A stretch of DNA of 64,000 nucleotides from a virus (Duplodnaviria; Caudoviricetes), in the IMG/VR virus record IMGVR_UViG_3300033182_000922, positions 519-64,518 of that record; one strand, 5' to 3'. Position 1 is the stretch's first letter. Each line of letters opens with the position of its first letter. Positions 18,457 to 28,406 of the stretch are shown piece after piece. Made by a program: the position numbers and the translations under genes. Under the pieces are notes generated by a model, which did not search any database, was not told the DNA's origin, and saw only the letters and a program-made list of their open reading frames with translations.

Positions 18457-19160
18457 GTAGAGTAAGAAAGGCAATTATTTTAGCCGCAGGTAAATCCACC
18501 AGGTATGGATCTAATAAATTAGTAGATCCAATTTTAGGAAAGTCAACAGTTCAATACTGTATTGAATTTTGTATTGAAAATGGAATTGAGGATGCATATG
18601 TTACAATTAGTAAATCTGACTTCTTCTTTAAGAACAGAAATACAAAACTGTCTCATCCTATTATTGAAAGTTTATCTAAGTATAAGGAAAAGATAAACAT
18701 TTATTATGAATTCCAAAAGGATGATGAATACGGACCAGGTGCTGCCATTAAAGCATGGGAAGGCAAATTTTATGAGCCTTTCTTATGTCTCTTTGGTGAT
18801 AATTATTACCAAGGAAATATTGGTTTAGAATATCATGATCCTAATACCTCTGTTGTTACATATAAAGATTATCAAACTCGTGCAAGGAACCTTCAACTTG
18901 CAACTATCTTAGAGGATGTGGTTATTGAAAAACCGCATGGTGTTGTAAACGGAAGATACTTTTGTGGTTATATGATATTTGCAAAAGAGGCATTTGATAA
19001 TTTGAGTAGTATTAAATTATCAAATAGAAATGAATATGAAATTACTCATTTGATCAATTCCATGAGTAATCTTAAATTTGAAGAATTAGACATATGTTGG
19101 TATGACTTAACATATGAACAAGATAAACAAGTAATAGAAGATATCATTCAAAGTTGTTAA
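18453..19160 (+). CDS. Sugar-1-phosphate nucleotidyltransferase (RmlA-like)
   Basis: KAIILAAGKSTRY, FGDN, EKP, SNRNEYEIT. Confidence 0.8.
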   Translation: MSRVRKAIILAAGKSTRYGSNKLVDPILGKSTVQYCIEFCIENGIEDAYVTISKSDFFFKNRNTKLSHPIIESLSKYKEKINIYYEFQKDDEYGPGAAIKAWEGKFYEPFLCLFGDNYYQGNIGLEYHDPNTSVVTYKDYQTRARNLQLATILEDVVIEKPHGVVNGRYFCGYMIFAKEAFDNLSSIKLSNRNEYEITHLINSMSNLKFEELDICWYDLTYEQDKQVIEDIIQSC

Positions 19161-19161
19161 T

Positions 19162-20424
19162 ATGAAAGAAAACGTAAAAAAGATTGGCTTTTTTAAATTA
19201 GGTAAAGCCATTAAGTTTAATGAAAACAGTTGGAATGCTATTGGTGGAGACTGTGAACCTAAGCAGTTGATCAGTGCAATTGCCAACAGAAACCCTAATG
19301 TTGAATATTGGCTTCTTAGCCCAAATGACTTAGGAAAGGTTAGGGCTAAACAAAAGCCTAAAGTTAATTCTCTATTTGGTCCACCTCCAACTAAAGAAAA
19401 TGAAATTCCTACAAACATTAAGGAATTCCATTCAACTATGAATGATCGTAAATCAACCGATGAAGCAGTTGAAACGATTAAAGGTTTAGGATTAGATTTT
19501 GTATTCTTTTACACAGGTCCAACAAGTACTGTTAATATTGAAAACTTTATCAATAAGGTTGATGGTTCAGGTACAGTTAAAACATTGGACTTTTTTAAGT
19601 ATTATGCGGCTCCTATCATTAAGGCAATGAATGAAATGCCTAAGACTCCTATTGTAGGATTATTGGTAGACAACCGTTATGTACTTTCATGTAAGGATTA
19701 CACTGCCCATAACAGACCTACATATTACTTGGCCCAGAATAATTTTGAATTGGATGAAGAGTATTTCTGCAATCCTCCTACTAGAGAGACTGCAAAAATT
19801 CACTCTACTTTTGAATATTCCGGAATTGAAACGGTGTTCCTTTTAGATAAAAAGCGTTATGATATTGATGAGCTCTTTGCTATGAAGAAGACTAATTCAT
19901 TTATGATGCTTCAGAACCAAGGGAAGGGTTCAGGTGGAATGGACCGTTGGGATCCTGTTCGTGATTACATTGTAGAGAATGGAATCCAAACAGACATTTA
20001 TGGTAAATGGGATGATGAACTTAAGGAAAAATATCCTGATTGGTTTAAAGGAGAACGCCGTATTGAAACCATGACCGAAGAATTACTTGCAACCAAGTAT
20101 ACTTTCTGTGTTCCTATTAAAGAAGGAATGGTCACTTCTAAGTATGCCGAAATGTTGCACTATGGTATTATACCTTTCTTGCATCCATCCTATGATACTG
20201 AATTTAATGTATTCCCTGAAGGGCATTTCATCAGATGTAAATCACCAGAGGATCTGAAAAAGAAAATTGAATTCTTAAATGCCAACCCAGAGCATTATAA
20301 GAAGCTATTCTACAATCTCCAAGAAAAGTATTTAAAGGATTCTTATTATACCGGAGAACATGTAGATAATAAAATCTGGGAAGCCTATAATCGTGTAAAT
20401 CAAATAGAAACTGCAAATGTATAA
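19162..20424 (+). CDS. GT-B glycosyltransferase, resembling phage DNA beta-glucosyltransferase-type enzymes
   Basis: The C-terminal lobe (DIYGKW ... TSKYAEML..GIIPFLHPSYD ... EDLKKKIEFLN) parallels GT-B nucleotide-sugar-binding lobes; it lies in a nucleotide-sugar operon. Confidence 0.55.
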   Translation: MKENVKKIGFFKLGKAIKFNENSWNAIGGDCEPKQLISAIANRNPNVEYWLLSPNDLGKVRAKQKPKVNSLFGPPPTKENEIPTNIKEFHSTMNDRKSTDEAVETIKGLGLDFVFFYTGPTSTVNIENFINKVDGSGTVKTLDFFKYYAAPIIKAMNEMPKTPIVGLLVDNRYVLSCKDYTAHNRPTYYLAQNNFELDEEYFCNPPTRETAKIHSTFEYSGIETVFLLDKKRYDIDELFAMKKTNSFMMLQNQGKGSGGMDRWDPVRDYIVENGIQTDIYGKWDDELKEKYPDWFKGERRIETMTEELLATKYTFCVPIKEGMVTSKYAEMLHYGIIPFLHPSYDTEFNVFPEGHFIRCKSPEDLKKKIEFLNANPEHYKKLFYNLQEKYLKDSYYTGEHVDNKIWEAYNRVNQIETANV

Positions 20425-21439
20425 TTCAGAAACTAAAATCCTAATCACCGGCGGTGCTGGTTTTGTAGGAACTAATTTTATTAATGATCTCCTTAACCGA
20501 GGTCATAATCCAAAATGTATAGCCGTGATTGATAATCTTTCGCACGGTACTTATTTACCTCAGGTACATGACCAAATTGAAAACTTTCATAAGGTAGATA
20601 TTCGCAATCAGTATGTAGAAAATATTATCGAGGAATTTAAACCTGATTATGTTTATCATTTTGCTGGTCTTGTTTCAATTTATGACTGTAACGAAGACCC
20701 TTATGAAGCAGTTGACAACAATATCTTAGGAAGTATTAATGTAATGAATGGCTGTGTTAAGGCTGGGGTTAAGAGAATCATCTTCAGTGAAACTTCTGCT
20801 GTTTATGAAAATTGTGAAATGCCTGAAGCTGGGTTTAATGAAACACAGTCCGATCCTACTACTGTTTATTCAACAACTAAAGCATGTCTTGCACTGTTGG
20901 CAGAATCTTACCAAAGAACAAAAGGCCTTAATTATACGGCATTAAGATACTTTAATGTTGCTGGCCCTCTTCAAGATTACAATAGAACGATCCCTCCTGT
21001 ATTTGCCGGATTTATCCTAAGAATTAAAGGGGGTCATAATCCTATCGTGTTCGGTGATTATATGAAAGCTCGTGATTACATTGATGTATCCGATGTTAAT
21101 GCATTCCATATTCTCTGTATGGAAAATGAGAATACCGCAAACCAAACATTTAACTTAGGTACGGGTAAAATGACTAACCTAATGGAACTTAAAAATATGA
21201 TTGGTGATATTATGGGAGTTGGTGAAGTGCCTTTTGACCATTATGATCCTATTGCAGGTGAAGCATTAAATATTCGTGGAGATATCTCTAAAGCTAAATC
21301 TATGGGATGGGAACCTAAAAAGGATATTAGAGATACAATTAAAGAAACTATTGTATATCTTGAAAATGAAATTGCCGAAGGTACAATTGATCCTTTAACA
21401 TTCATGGAGGATCTTGAAATAGAAAAAGTTAAAATATAA
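20417..21439 (+). CDS. NAD-dependent nucleotide-sugar epimerase/dehydratase (SDR)
   Basis: TGGAGFVG, YSTTK, LRYFNVAGP, RDYIDVSD, FNLGTG. Confidence 0.88.
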   Translation: MYNSETKILITGGAGFVGTNFINDLLNRGHNPKCIAVIDNLSHGTYLPQVHDQIENFHKVDIRNQYVENIIEEFKPDYVYHFAGLVSIYDCNEDPYEAVDNNILGSINVMNGCVKAGVKRIIFSETSAVYENCEMPEAGFNETQSDPTTVYSTTKACLALLAESYQRTKGLNYTALRYFNVAGPLQDYNRTIPPVFAGFILRIKGGHNPIVFGDYMKARDYIDVSDVNAFHILCMENENTANQTFNLGTGKMTNLMELKNMIGDIMGVGEVPFDHYDPIAGEALNIRGDISKAKSMGWEPKKDIRDTIKETIVYLENEIAEGTIDPLTFMEDLEIEKVKI

Positions 21440-21443
21440 TAGA

Positions 21444-22061
21444 ATGTCAGAGTATACGTTCAATGCAGATTATGCATCTATTGAATCTAGAGAATTACCT
21501 CAAGCAAAAATTCTTGCTAAATGGATTAAAGGATGCCTTAATCCTAATAGAGTAATTGATTTAGGTTGTGGTCCTGGTATCTATGTTCATGAACTCATTA
21601 ACCTCGGTGTTGATGCTATAGGATATGAATTAGACCCTAGGGCAAAAGAAATACCTCATGTAATTCATAAAAGTTTATTGGACGTTCATGACAAATCAGA
21701 TGTAGTTATCTCTCTTGAGGTTGCGGAACATTTAGAACCCAAGTATTCGCAAGCAATGGTTGATAAAGTATATGAAACATTGGAACCGGGTGGTACATTA
21801 ATATGGACCGCTGCTAATGTAGGTCAAGGTGGAACTGATCATATTAACTGTAGGCCTAAAGAATATTGGATAAAGAAATTTACCGATAAGGGACTGATCC
21901 ACTGTCATACATTAGAAGGTAATCTTAAAAGCACATTGCGTAGTGTAATACCAAAGGAATATCATGGATGGCTATATATGAACCTAGTAATTATGTATAA
22001 AGAAGACTGGGATGATAATCCAAGTAAGGCTGGATCTCTTATCGGTCTTGATTCAAAATAA
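21444..22061 (+). CDS. Class I SAM-dependent methyltransferase
   Basis: VIDLGCGPG, SLEVAEHL, GQGG.DHIN. Confidence 0.8.
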   Translation: MSEYTFNADYASIESRELPQAKILAKWIKGCLNPNRVIDLGCGPGIYVHELINLGVDAIGYELDPRAKEIPHVIHKSLLDVHDKSDVVISLEVAEHLEPKYSQAMVDKVYETLEPGGTLIWTAANVGQGGTDHINCRPKEYWIKKFTDKGLIHCHTLEGNLKSTLRSVIPKEYHGWLYMNLVIMYKEDWDDNPSKAGSLIGLDSK

Positions 22062-22072
22062 AACGATTAAAT

Positions 22073-23335
22073 ATGAGTAAAGAAATAAAATGGGGAACAA
22101 TCATACCGCTTATCGGTGGTAGTGCTATAGGCTGTAGCAAATCCACAGGAAATCAGCCATCATTTCATTTAAGTTACGATGCCTTTGCTGCAAACGAAAG
22201 CCATATTGAAAAATATTGGCCAGATGTTCCAATGTATAGATTGGACCATGAAGATTTAGAAATTCCTGGGGAAACTTTTGAAGGTGTAGATTATGTTAAT
22301 AGTGTTTGCCCTTGCGCAGGATTATCTCTTTTAAATTCTGCAAGTGGATCTGCCGCCTCTAGGGGATCTGATGCAGTTCAAAATAAATGGATGTATGATT
22401 CATCCGAATACATCTTGGAACACGTAAAGCCTAAAGTTCTCTGGGGCGAAAATGCACCTGGTCTTTTTACTAAGATGGGAGAGGGTGTAGTACAGAGACT
22501 TAGGGAAATTGCAGAAAAGCATGGATATAGTTTTTCTCTAATTAAAACCAATACTGAATTACATGGTATTCCACAGAGAAGAATGCGTACTTTCTATTTC
22601 TTCTGGAACACACCAACAGTTCCAATGTTGGAATGGAAGTTTAGAGAAAAGAAAAAACTTATTGATTATCTTAACGAAATTCCAGAGGATGCTACTCAAC
22701 AGGACATGTTTATGGTTCCTGGTAAAGTGTCCGAACATTTTAGACCTTATGAGTTTGTTTTAGAAAGGGAAGGCTTGACACATGCTGAATTTTCTGCTAA
22801 ATTTAAGAAAGGTACTATTGCACAATACCTTGATAAACATGAATTACTTGATGAGTGTATTGAATGGCTAAGAGAGAAATATCCAAAAGAAGGTTTTTCA
22901 AATAAGAAGTCAACCAAAACATTTATTGATATGTTAGAGCATCAAAAGAATAAGGTAAGCCAAGGTCTTGGTTATTGGGATGCTTCTCCTCACTTCTTCC
23001 ATGATTCGTTCTCTGCCTTAATTGGTCGTAACATGTTTAATGGTGTCCACCCTGTAGAAAATCGTTATCTTAATGTTAGAGAAATGTTACATCTGATGGG
23101 ATTACCTTTAGACTTTGAAATTGAATCTTCTCGCCAAGTTAATCATATTGCACAAAATGTACCGGTTACAACTGCAATGGATATGGCCAATGAAGTTAAG
23201 AAGTTCTGTGAAGGTAATGCTAAAATGACAAATTATACCTTCTTAAAACAGGATAACACAAATCATAAAATCATAGCAGCTGAGGAAATTGGCTCAACTC
23301 CTAAAAAGAAGTATAAAGTAAAAAGTGTAATATGA
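22073..23335 (+). CDS. DNA cytosine-C5 methyltransferase-like protein with atypical motif I
   Basis: Catalytic CPCAGLS (motif IV), ENAP (VI), PQRRMR (VIII), RYLNVREMLHLMGLP (IX), IAQNVP (X). Motif I reads IIPLIGG. Confidence 0.75.
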   Translation: MSKEIKWGTIIPLIGGSAIGCSKSTGNQPSFHLSYDAFAANESHIEKYWPDVPMYRLDHEDLEIPGETFEGVDYVNSVCPCAGLSLLNSASGSAASRGSDAVQNKWMYDSSEYILEHVKPKVLWGENAPGLFTKMGEGVVQRLREIAEKHGYSFSLIKTNTELHGIPQRRMRTFYFFWNTPTVPMLEWKFREKKKLIDYLNEIPEDATQQDMFMVPGKVSEHFRPYEFVLEREGLTHAEFSAKFKKGTIAQYLDKHELLDECIEWLREKYPKEGFSNKKSTKTFIDMLEHQKNKVSQGLGYWDASPHFFHDSFSALIGRNMFNGVHPVENRYLNVREMLHLMGLPLDFEIESSRQVNHIAQNVPVTTAMDMANEVKKFCEGNAKMTNYTFLKQDNTNHKIIAAEEIGSTPKKKYKVKSVI

Positions 23336-24342
23336 AAAAGAACGCAGTAGCTATCGGGGTATCAAGCCTCGAGTTTATGAACATTCTTTTAACCTATTAT
23401 CCTAAAGGAATTAAGGAAACCTTTGACTTTTACCTTTTTATTGATGATACTAAGGTAACATCAGATCAAGTAAATGAGGTTATAGGTAAACATGATATAC
23501 CTTCATTTAAATCTGCTAAGCATATTATCATTAGAGATTTATATGATTACTACGCAGAAAAACATGAGTATGAAGGTAAGGCTAAAGAATTCTTATACAA
23601 TCACGGATGCTTATTTAAGGTTCTTATGCCAATGTATCTTAAAGAAAAATTTAATGTCAACCGGACTTATGTTTCTGATGATGATGTTTTTATCTTTAAT
23701 GATCTAAGCTATATGTTTACTAAATATAAGGAATTTGGTTATAAGAAAGAAAACCTATTTAACCTTAGAAATAAAGATAAGTATGAAGTCTTAGGTGCAT
23801 TTAATGAAATCTTTGAAGTTGATTTTACCTTAGAACAAATGAATGCATTATCTATTAATGCAGGTAATATCATTTATGGAGATGATCCTAAAATGGAGTA
23901 TTACTTCAAGAGGTATATGAATCACCCAATGGTTCATCACTTATTCTTTGACTTTGAAGGGTACACCAGTTGGACGGTTGAACAGAGATTCCATCATTGG
24001 AACTTTCATAGGCTAATGGCTGAAGGTAGAACCGTTGATATATTAGGTCCTAAAGATTTAAGACTAATGCAAAATGTAAATAAGAAAGCTTTGGCAAATA
24101 ATGAACAACCTCTCTATTTAAGACAAGTTACACCTTCTCTTATGCATTATGCTATAGGTGTTAAGAAGCCAATTTTCTTAAGGCAGTTTTTAAGAGGGAT
24201 TGAATGGAAGTTTGGTTTTGAATATCAACCTCAATATGAGCTAAAGGATATCTTATATGATGAAACTTGGCAACCCCCTGCATTCAAACAAGTTCAAGCA
24301 GAAATGAAAGGCGCAAAAAGTAAAGTAACCTCTCTGTTCTAA
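23332..24342 (+). CDS. Putative GT-A glycosyltransferase (GT8-like)
   Basis: SDDDVF (DxD), INAG, EQ and late HY motifs. Confidence 0.5.
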   Translation: MKKNAVAIGVSSLEFMNILLTYYPKGIKETFDFYLFIDDTKVTSDQVNEVIGKHDIPSFKSAKHIIIRDLYDYYAEKHEYEGKAKEFLYNHGCLFKVLMPMYLKEKFNVNRTYVSDDDVFIFNDLSYMFTKYKEFGYKKENLFNLRNKDKYEVLGAFNEIFEVDFTLEQMNALSINAGNIIYGDDPKMEYYFKRYMNHPMVHHLFFDFEGYTSWTVEQRFHHWNFHRLMAEGRTVDILGPKDLRLMQNVNKKALANNEQPLYLRQVTPSLMHYAIGVKKPIFLRQFLRGIEWKFGFEYQPQYELKDILYDETWQPPAFKQVQAEMKGAKSKVTSLF

Positions 24343-24392
24343 CTTAAACTAAGTAATCATTAATCAATATAAAAATAAACAAATTCAAAACA

Positions 24393-25142
24393 ATGGAAGC
24401 AACAATTGAAAAAATCGATGGATACGAATTAAGTTCGTTCGTCAAAAAACTTCTTCCTATTGACAAATTCATCTTTATGAAAATTGGTCAAGAAGGAACT
24501 GTCTCGTCTGTGTATTTTCCAGAGAGGGATGCGGTTAAGTTGGTAAACACTCCAACTAAAGATATCTTTGAAACTGATATCACACAACCAGTTAAGGTAA
24601 GCTTTTACAATGGTACTAAAGTGATTGATGCATTGTCCCATTTTAATGGTGATGTAAAAGGTCGTATTAAGTATTCAGAATATGATGGCGAACTTATGGC
24701 AAGTGATTTTATTTTAGAGAATGAAGATCTACAAATTAATCTTGCATGTAGTGATCCTTCGCTATCTTTCATGGAGATGAGTAAAGAAGAAACAGATCGT
24801 GCGTTTGGAACAGATTCTAAAATGTTCGAATTTGATCTTTTAACTACCCACGTTGATCGCATGAAGTCTCTCTTTAACTTAGATAAAGACGAGGATATCT
24901 TTACTATCTACACTAGTGATAAAGGTATTGGAATCAAAGGAAGTTCATATGACGCTACGCTCTGCCACACATATGATTCAAATGTTGATACAGGTGCAAG
25001 GGTGGTTATTTATAAAAAGTATCTTAATCTTTTAGATAAGGAAAACTATAAAGTTGTGGTTTGTGAAAATAAAGTAGTATTCCGCTCTCTTGATACTAAC
25101 ACCCATTTAACCGTCGCAGTTGCAATTACTGACGAGGATTAA
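24393..25142 (+). CDS. Putative DNA sliding clamp (gp45-like)
   Basis: Acidic, 249 aa, alternating beta/alpha pattern, directly upstream of the polymerase C-subunit. No diagnostic motif recognised. Confidence 0.45.
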   Translation: MEATIEKIDGYELSSFVKKLLPIDKFIFMKIGQEGTVSSVYFPERDAVKLVNTPTKDIFETDITQPVKVSFYNGTKVIDALSHFNGDVKGRIKYSEYDGELMASDFILENEDLQINLACSDPSLSFMEMSKEETDRAFGTDSKMFEFDLLTTHVDRMKSLFNLDKDEDIFTIYTSDKGIGIKGSSYDATLCHTYDSNVDTGARVVIYKKYLNLLDKENYKVVVCENKVVFRSLDTNTHLTVAVAITDED

Positions 25143-25159
25143 TCACCTAATCAATAAGA

Positions 25160-26275
25160 ATGACAGAGGAACTTAAAAAGACTAAAGAAGAAGCGAGTAA
25201 GTATTACAACTATGAACAGGCCGTTAAGCTTATGCTTAACTCTATCTACGGTGCATTTGGTAATCCTTACTTCTACTTCTTTAATGTTGATATTGCTGAA
25301 ACTATTACTCTACAAGGTAAGGATGCAATTCTTTATACTGAAAAGCTAATCAATAAGTATTTTAAGGAATTCTGGCATAAAGATATAGATGCCCACAATC
25401 AATTAGGTATTAAAGTTACCGGTAAAATTGAAAAACCCGTGGGCATCTATATTGATACAGATTCAATATATGTTAAGTTTGATGAGATCATTAAAAAGTC
25501 TGATTGGGAAGGCTCGGAAAAGGATTTTATACTTAAGATATATAAAGTAAGATTAGCAGATTATATTGAAAAAATCTTACAAAAATATGCAGATGATAAT
25601 AATGCAGAAAACTTTTTAAGCTTTGAATTGGAGAGCATCGCAAAGAATGCGATATGGCTTGCAAAGAAAAAGTATATGCAGAATATTGTTTGGAAGGATC
25701 CTGATATCCACTATGATGAATTAACTAAAATTAGTGCCAAAGGATTTGAAATTATTCAATCATCAACGCCTGTTTTTGCTAGGGAAAAACTAAAAGACCT
25801 ATTGACATATATCTTTTCTGTTGATCAATTGGATATGAAAGAATTTGCAAATTTACTTAAGGATGTAAAACGACAATTTAGATTGGCTAACACTGATCAA
25901 ATTAGTTTTTCAAAGAAAGTTAATAATTACCAAAAGTATATTGTTAATGATTATGATTCATTTGAAATTGCATCTAAATGCCCAATCGGTGTAAGGTCGG
26001 CCGGGTATCATAACTATCTTTTAAATAACTCAGGTCTTAAAGGAAAATATCAACCATTAGGAAATGGAGAAAAACTAAAAATGTATTTTTCTGTTGATAA
26101 ATCATGTGATGTATTTGCATATGCCCCTGGTGACTATCCTTATGAATTTGCACCAGAAGTAGATTATGATCGTCAATTTGAAAAAACAATATTGGATCCT
26201 ATCAACAGGGTTGTAACTGCAATGGGATTTAAGGCATTTAATCGTAACCTTATTTATACTACGAGCCTATTCTAA
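25160..26275 (+). CDS. gp43B: Family B DNA polymerase, C-terminal subunit (motifs B and C, thumb)
   Basis: KLMLNSIYGAFG, ITLQG, YIDTDS, KKKY, KGFE. C-terminal SLF is a clamp-binding-like tail. Confidence 0.9.
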   Translation: MTEELKKTKEEASKYYNYEQAVKLMLNSIYGAFGNPYFYFFNVDIAETITLQGKDAILYTEKLINKYFKEFWHKDIDAHNQLGIKVTGKIEKPVGIYIDTDSIYVKFDEIIKKSDWEGSEKDFILKIYKVRLADYIEKILQKYADDNNAENFLSFELESIAKNAIWLAKKKYMQNIVWKDPDIHYDELTKISAKGFEIIQSSTPVFAREKLKDLLTYIFSVDQLDMKEFANLLKDVKRQFRLANTDQISFSKKVNNYQKYIVNDYDSFEIASKCPIGVRSAGYHNYLLNNSGLKGKYQPLGNGEKLKMYFSVDKSCDVFAYAPGDYPYEFAPEVDYDRQFEKTILDPINRVVTAMGFKAFNRNLIYTTSLF

Positions 26276-26288
26276 AAATAAAATTATT

Positions 26289-27476
26289 ATGACTAGTAAA
26301 AGAACATTCAGAATTCATGTATTAGGGCTACCTCATACAAAAACCACTAAAGATTTTACCGCTTGTGCATATACACAAAAGGTTTGGAAGTTTTGTAAAA
26401 TGATGAAAGGGCGTGGGCATTACATTATGCACTATGGGCATGAAGATTCAAATCCTGCCGCGGATGAAAATATCACTGTAATTACTAATGATGTTTGGAA
26501 TAAGGTATATGGTTCTCATGATTACAAAAAGAAACTTTTTAAATACAATACGAGTGACGAAGCCTATCAAACGTTTTATCGTAATGCAATTAGAGAAATA
26601 GGTAAAAGAAAACAACCGGGTGATATCATACTTCCATTCTGGGGATCCGGCGTAAGACCTATCTGTGATGCTCATAATGATTTATGTATTATTGAACCAG
26701 GAATCGGTTACGCCGGTGGTATGTGGTCGGTATTTAAAATATTTGAATCTTATGCAATATATCATGCATACTGTAGTTTGGAAAACGTTAGTACATGTAA
26801 ACAAAGTTGGTATGATCAAGTAATTCCTAACTATTTTGATCTTGATGAATTTGAATACAGCCACGAAAAGGAAGACTATTTTCTTTATGTAGGAAGAGTT
26901 TACGATGGTAAAGGTGTTAACATTGCCTTACAGACAACGCAGGCTATTGGGGCTAAATTAAAAATTGCAGGACAAATTGGCCAAGAGTTTTATGAAAAAA
27001 TGGATAAAAATAATTCTTGGCCTGATCATGTTGAATTTGTAGGTTATGTTAACGCTGAAGAGAGAAAGAATCTGATGAAAGGTGCTATCGCATCCTTCTT
27101 ACCTTCAATGTACGTAGAACCTTTCGGTGGGGTACAGATTGAAAATCTTTTATGTGGTACTCCAACAATTACAACTGATTGGGGTGCATTTGCAGAAAAT
27201 AATATTCATGGTCTTACTGGGTACAGATGTAGAAGTTTTGAAGAGTTTGTTAAAGCCGCCAAGAATTGCCAAGAAGGAAAGATTAGGCCTATTGATTGTA
27301 GAAATCATGGAGAAAACTTTTCACTTGAAGCCACTGCACCTAAATATGAAAAATACTTTTCACAGGCATTAAATGTTACTCAAGCAAAGGGTTGGTATAC
27401 TATTGAAGATCCTTCCTTATATACACAAGAATGGCTTGATGATCATAAGGATTTTGTTTTTGAAAAAAAAAGCTAG
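26289..27476 (+). CDS. GT-B (GT4-like) glycosyltransferase
   Basis: YVGR...KG, EPFGGVQIENLLCGTP.ITTDWGAF.E. Confidence 0.85.
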   Translation: MTSKRTFRIHVLGLPHTKTTKDFTACAYTQKVWKFCKMMKGRGHYIMHYGHEDSNPAADENITVITNDVWNKVYGSHDYKKKLFKYNTSDEAYQTFYRNAIREIGKRKQPGDIILPFWGSGVRPICDAHNDLCIIEPGIGYAGGMWSVFKIFESYAIYHAYCSLENVSTCKQSWYDQVIPNYFDLDEFEYSHEKEDYFLYVGRVYDGKGVNIALQTTQAIGAKLKIAGQIGQEFYEKMDKNNSWPDHVEFVGYVNAEERKNLMKGAIASFLPSMYVEPFGGVQIENLLCGTPTITTDWGAFAENNIHGLTGYRCRSFEEFVKAAKNCQEGKIRPIDCRNHGENFSLEATAPKYEKYFSQALNVTQAKGWYTIEDPSLYTQEWLDDHKDFVFEKKS

Positions 27477-27493
27477 AGATTAAAAAACCTAAA

Positions 27494-28375
27494 GTGGCAA
27501 CCTTTAATGAAAAAGGTTGGGCTATAGGTAGAATCCATACCGGGTTAGGTCAATCATTATCTGATGAATATGAGTTTGTTCATTATGATTGGTCTAACCC
27601 AGATCATGTAAAAGAACTATGGGCAGATGGTGGCTGGAAAGAATATGATATCATATTAGGAAACGGTACATTGTCAGATATTCCAAACCTACCAAGAGAA
27701 GCATACGCAAAAATGATATGTGGAATATGGTCTATACCAAACCTCAGTTCTCATTTTAGAGAAATCATTATTCCTAGAAAGGAAATACTCTGGGGGTCTG
27801 TTGGTGATGATCTTAGCAAATATTTAAAGGAAACTTATAACATAGAATCTCACCCAATCATCGCGGGCGTAGATGAACATTTATTTCATCCTTACAGAAA
27901 AATTACAAAGATTAGAAATTTAGGAATGAACGGTAAGCCTTTTGCGAATGATGGTTGGGATAAAGTAAAAAGACCACAGATGATGGTTGATATTGCCGAT
28001 GAAATTGATGGAAAGGCAATCTTTATACATGATAAAGAATTATCAGAAGGTCATTTAATGTATAAAGATATTGATATGTATGTTTGTGCTAGTACAAATG
28101 ATAGAGGGCCTTATGGGATAGCTGAAGCAGCATTTTCAAAAATACCTGTCATATCTACACCAGTAGGATTTGCAAAAACATTTAAAAGTATTAAAACATT
28201 TACCAGCGTTGAAGAAGCGGTTAAAATTATACATGAACTTAATTCCTCAGAAGAATTATTAAATGATTATGTTAATAAAGTTTATGAGGAATTTACACAA
28301 AAACTCAGTTGGCAATACGTTTCCCAAAGGTACTGGAAACCATTATTTGAAAAACGGTTATCATTAAACAAATAG
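27494..28375 (+). CDS. GT-B (GT4-like) glycosyltransferase
   Basis: YKDIDMYVCAS..DRGPYGIAEAAFSKIPVISTPVG. GTG start. Confidence 0.7.
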   Translation: MATFNEKGWAIGRIHTGLGQSLSDEYEFVHYDWSNPDHVKELWADGGWKEYDIILGNGTLSDIPNLPREAYAKMICGIWSIPNLSSHFREIIIPRKEILWGSVGDDLSKYLKETYNIESHPIIAGVDEHLFHPYRKITKIRNLGMNGKPFANDGWDKVKRPQMMVDIADEIDGKAIFIHDKELSEGHLMYKDIDMYVCASTNDRGPYGIAEAAFSKIPVISTPVGFAKTFKSIKTFTSVEEAVKIIHELNSSEELLNDYVNKVYEEFTQKLSWQYVSQRYWKPLFEKRLSLNK

Positions 28376-28406
28376 AGAAAATTTCAATATAAAAAATAAA
28401 TCAAAT

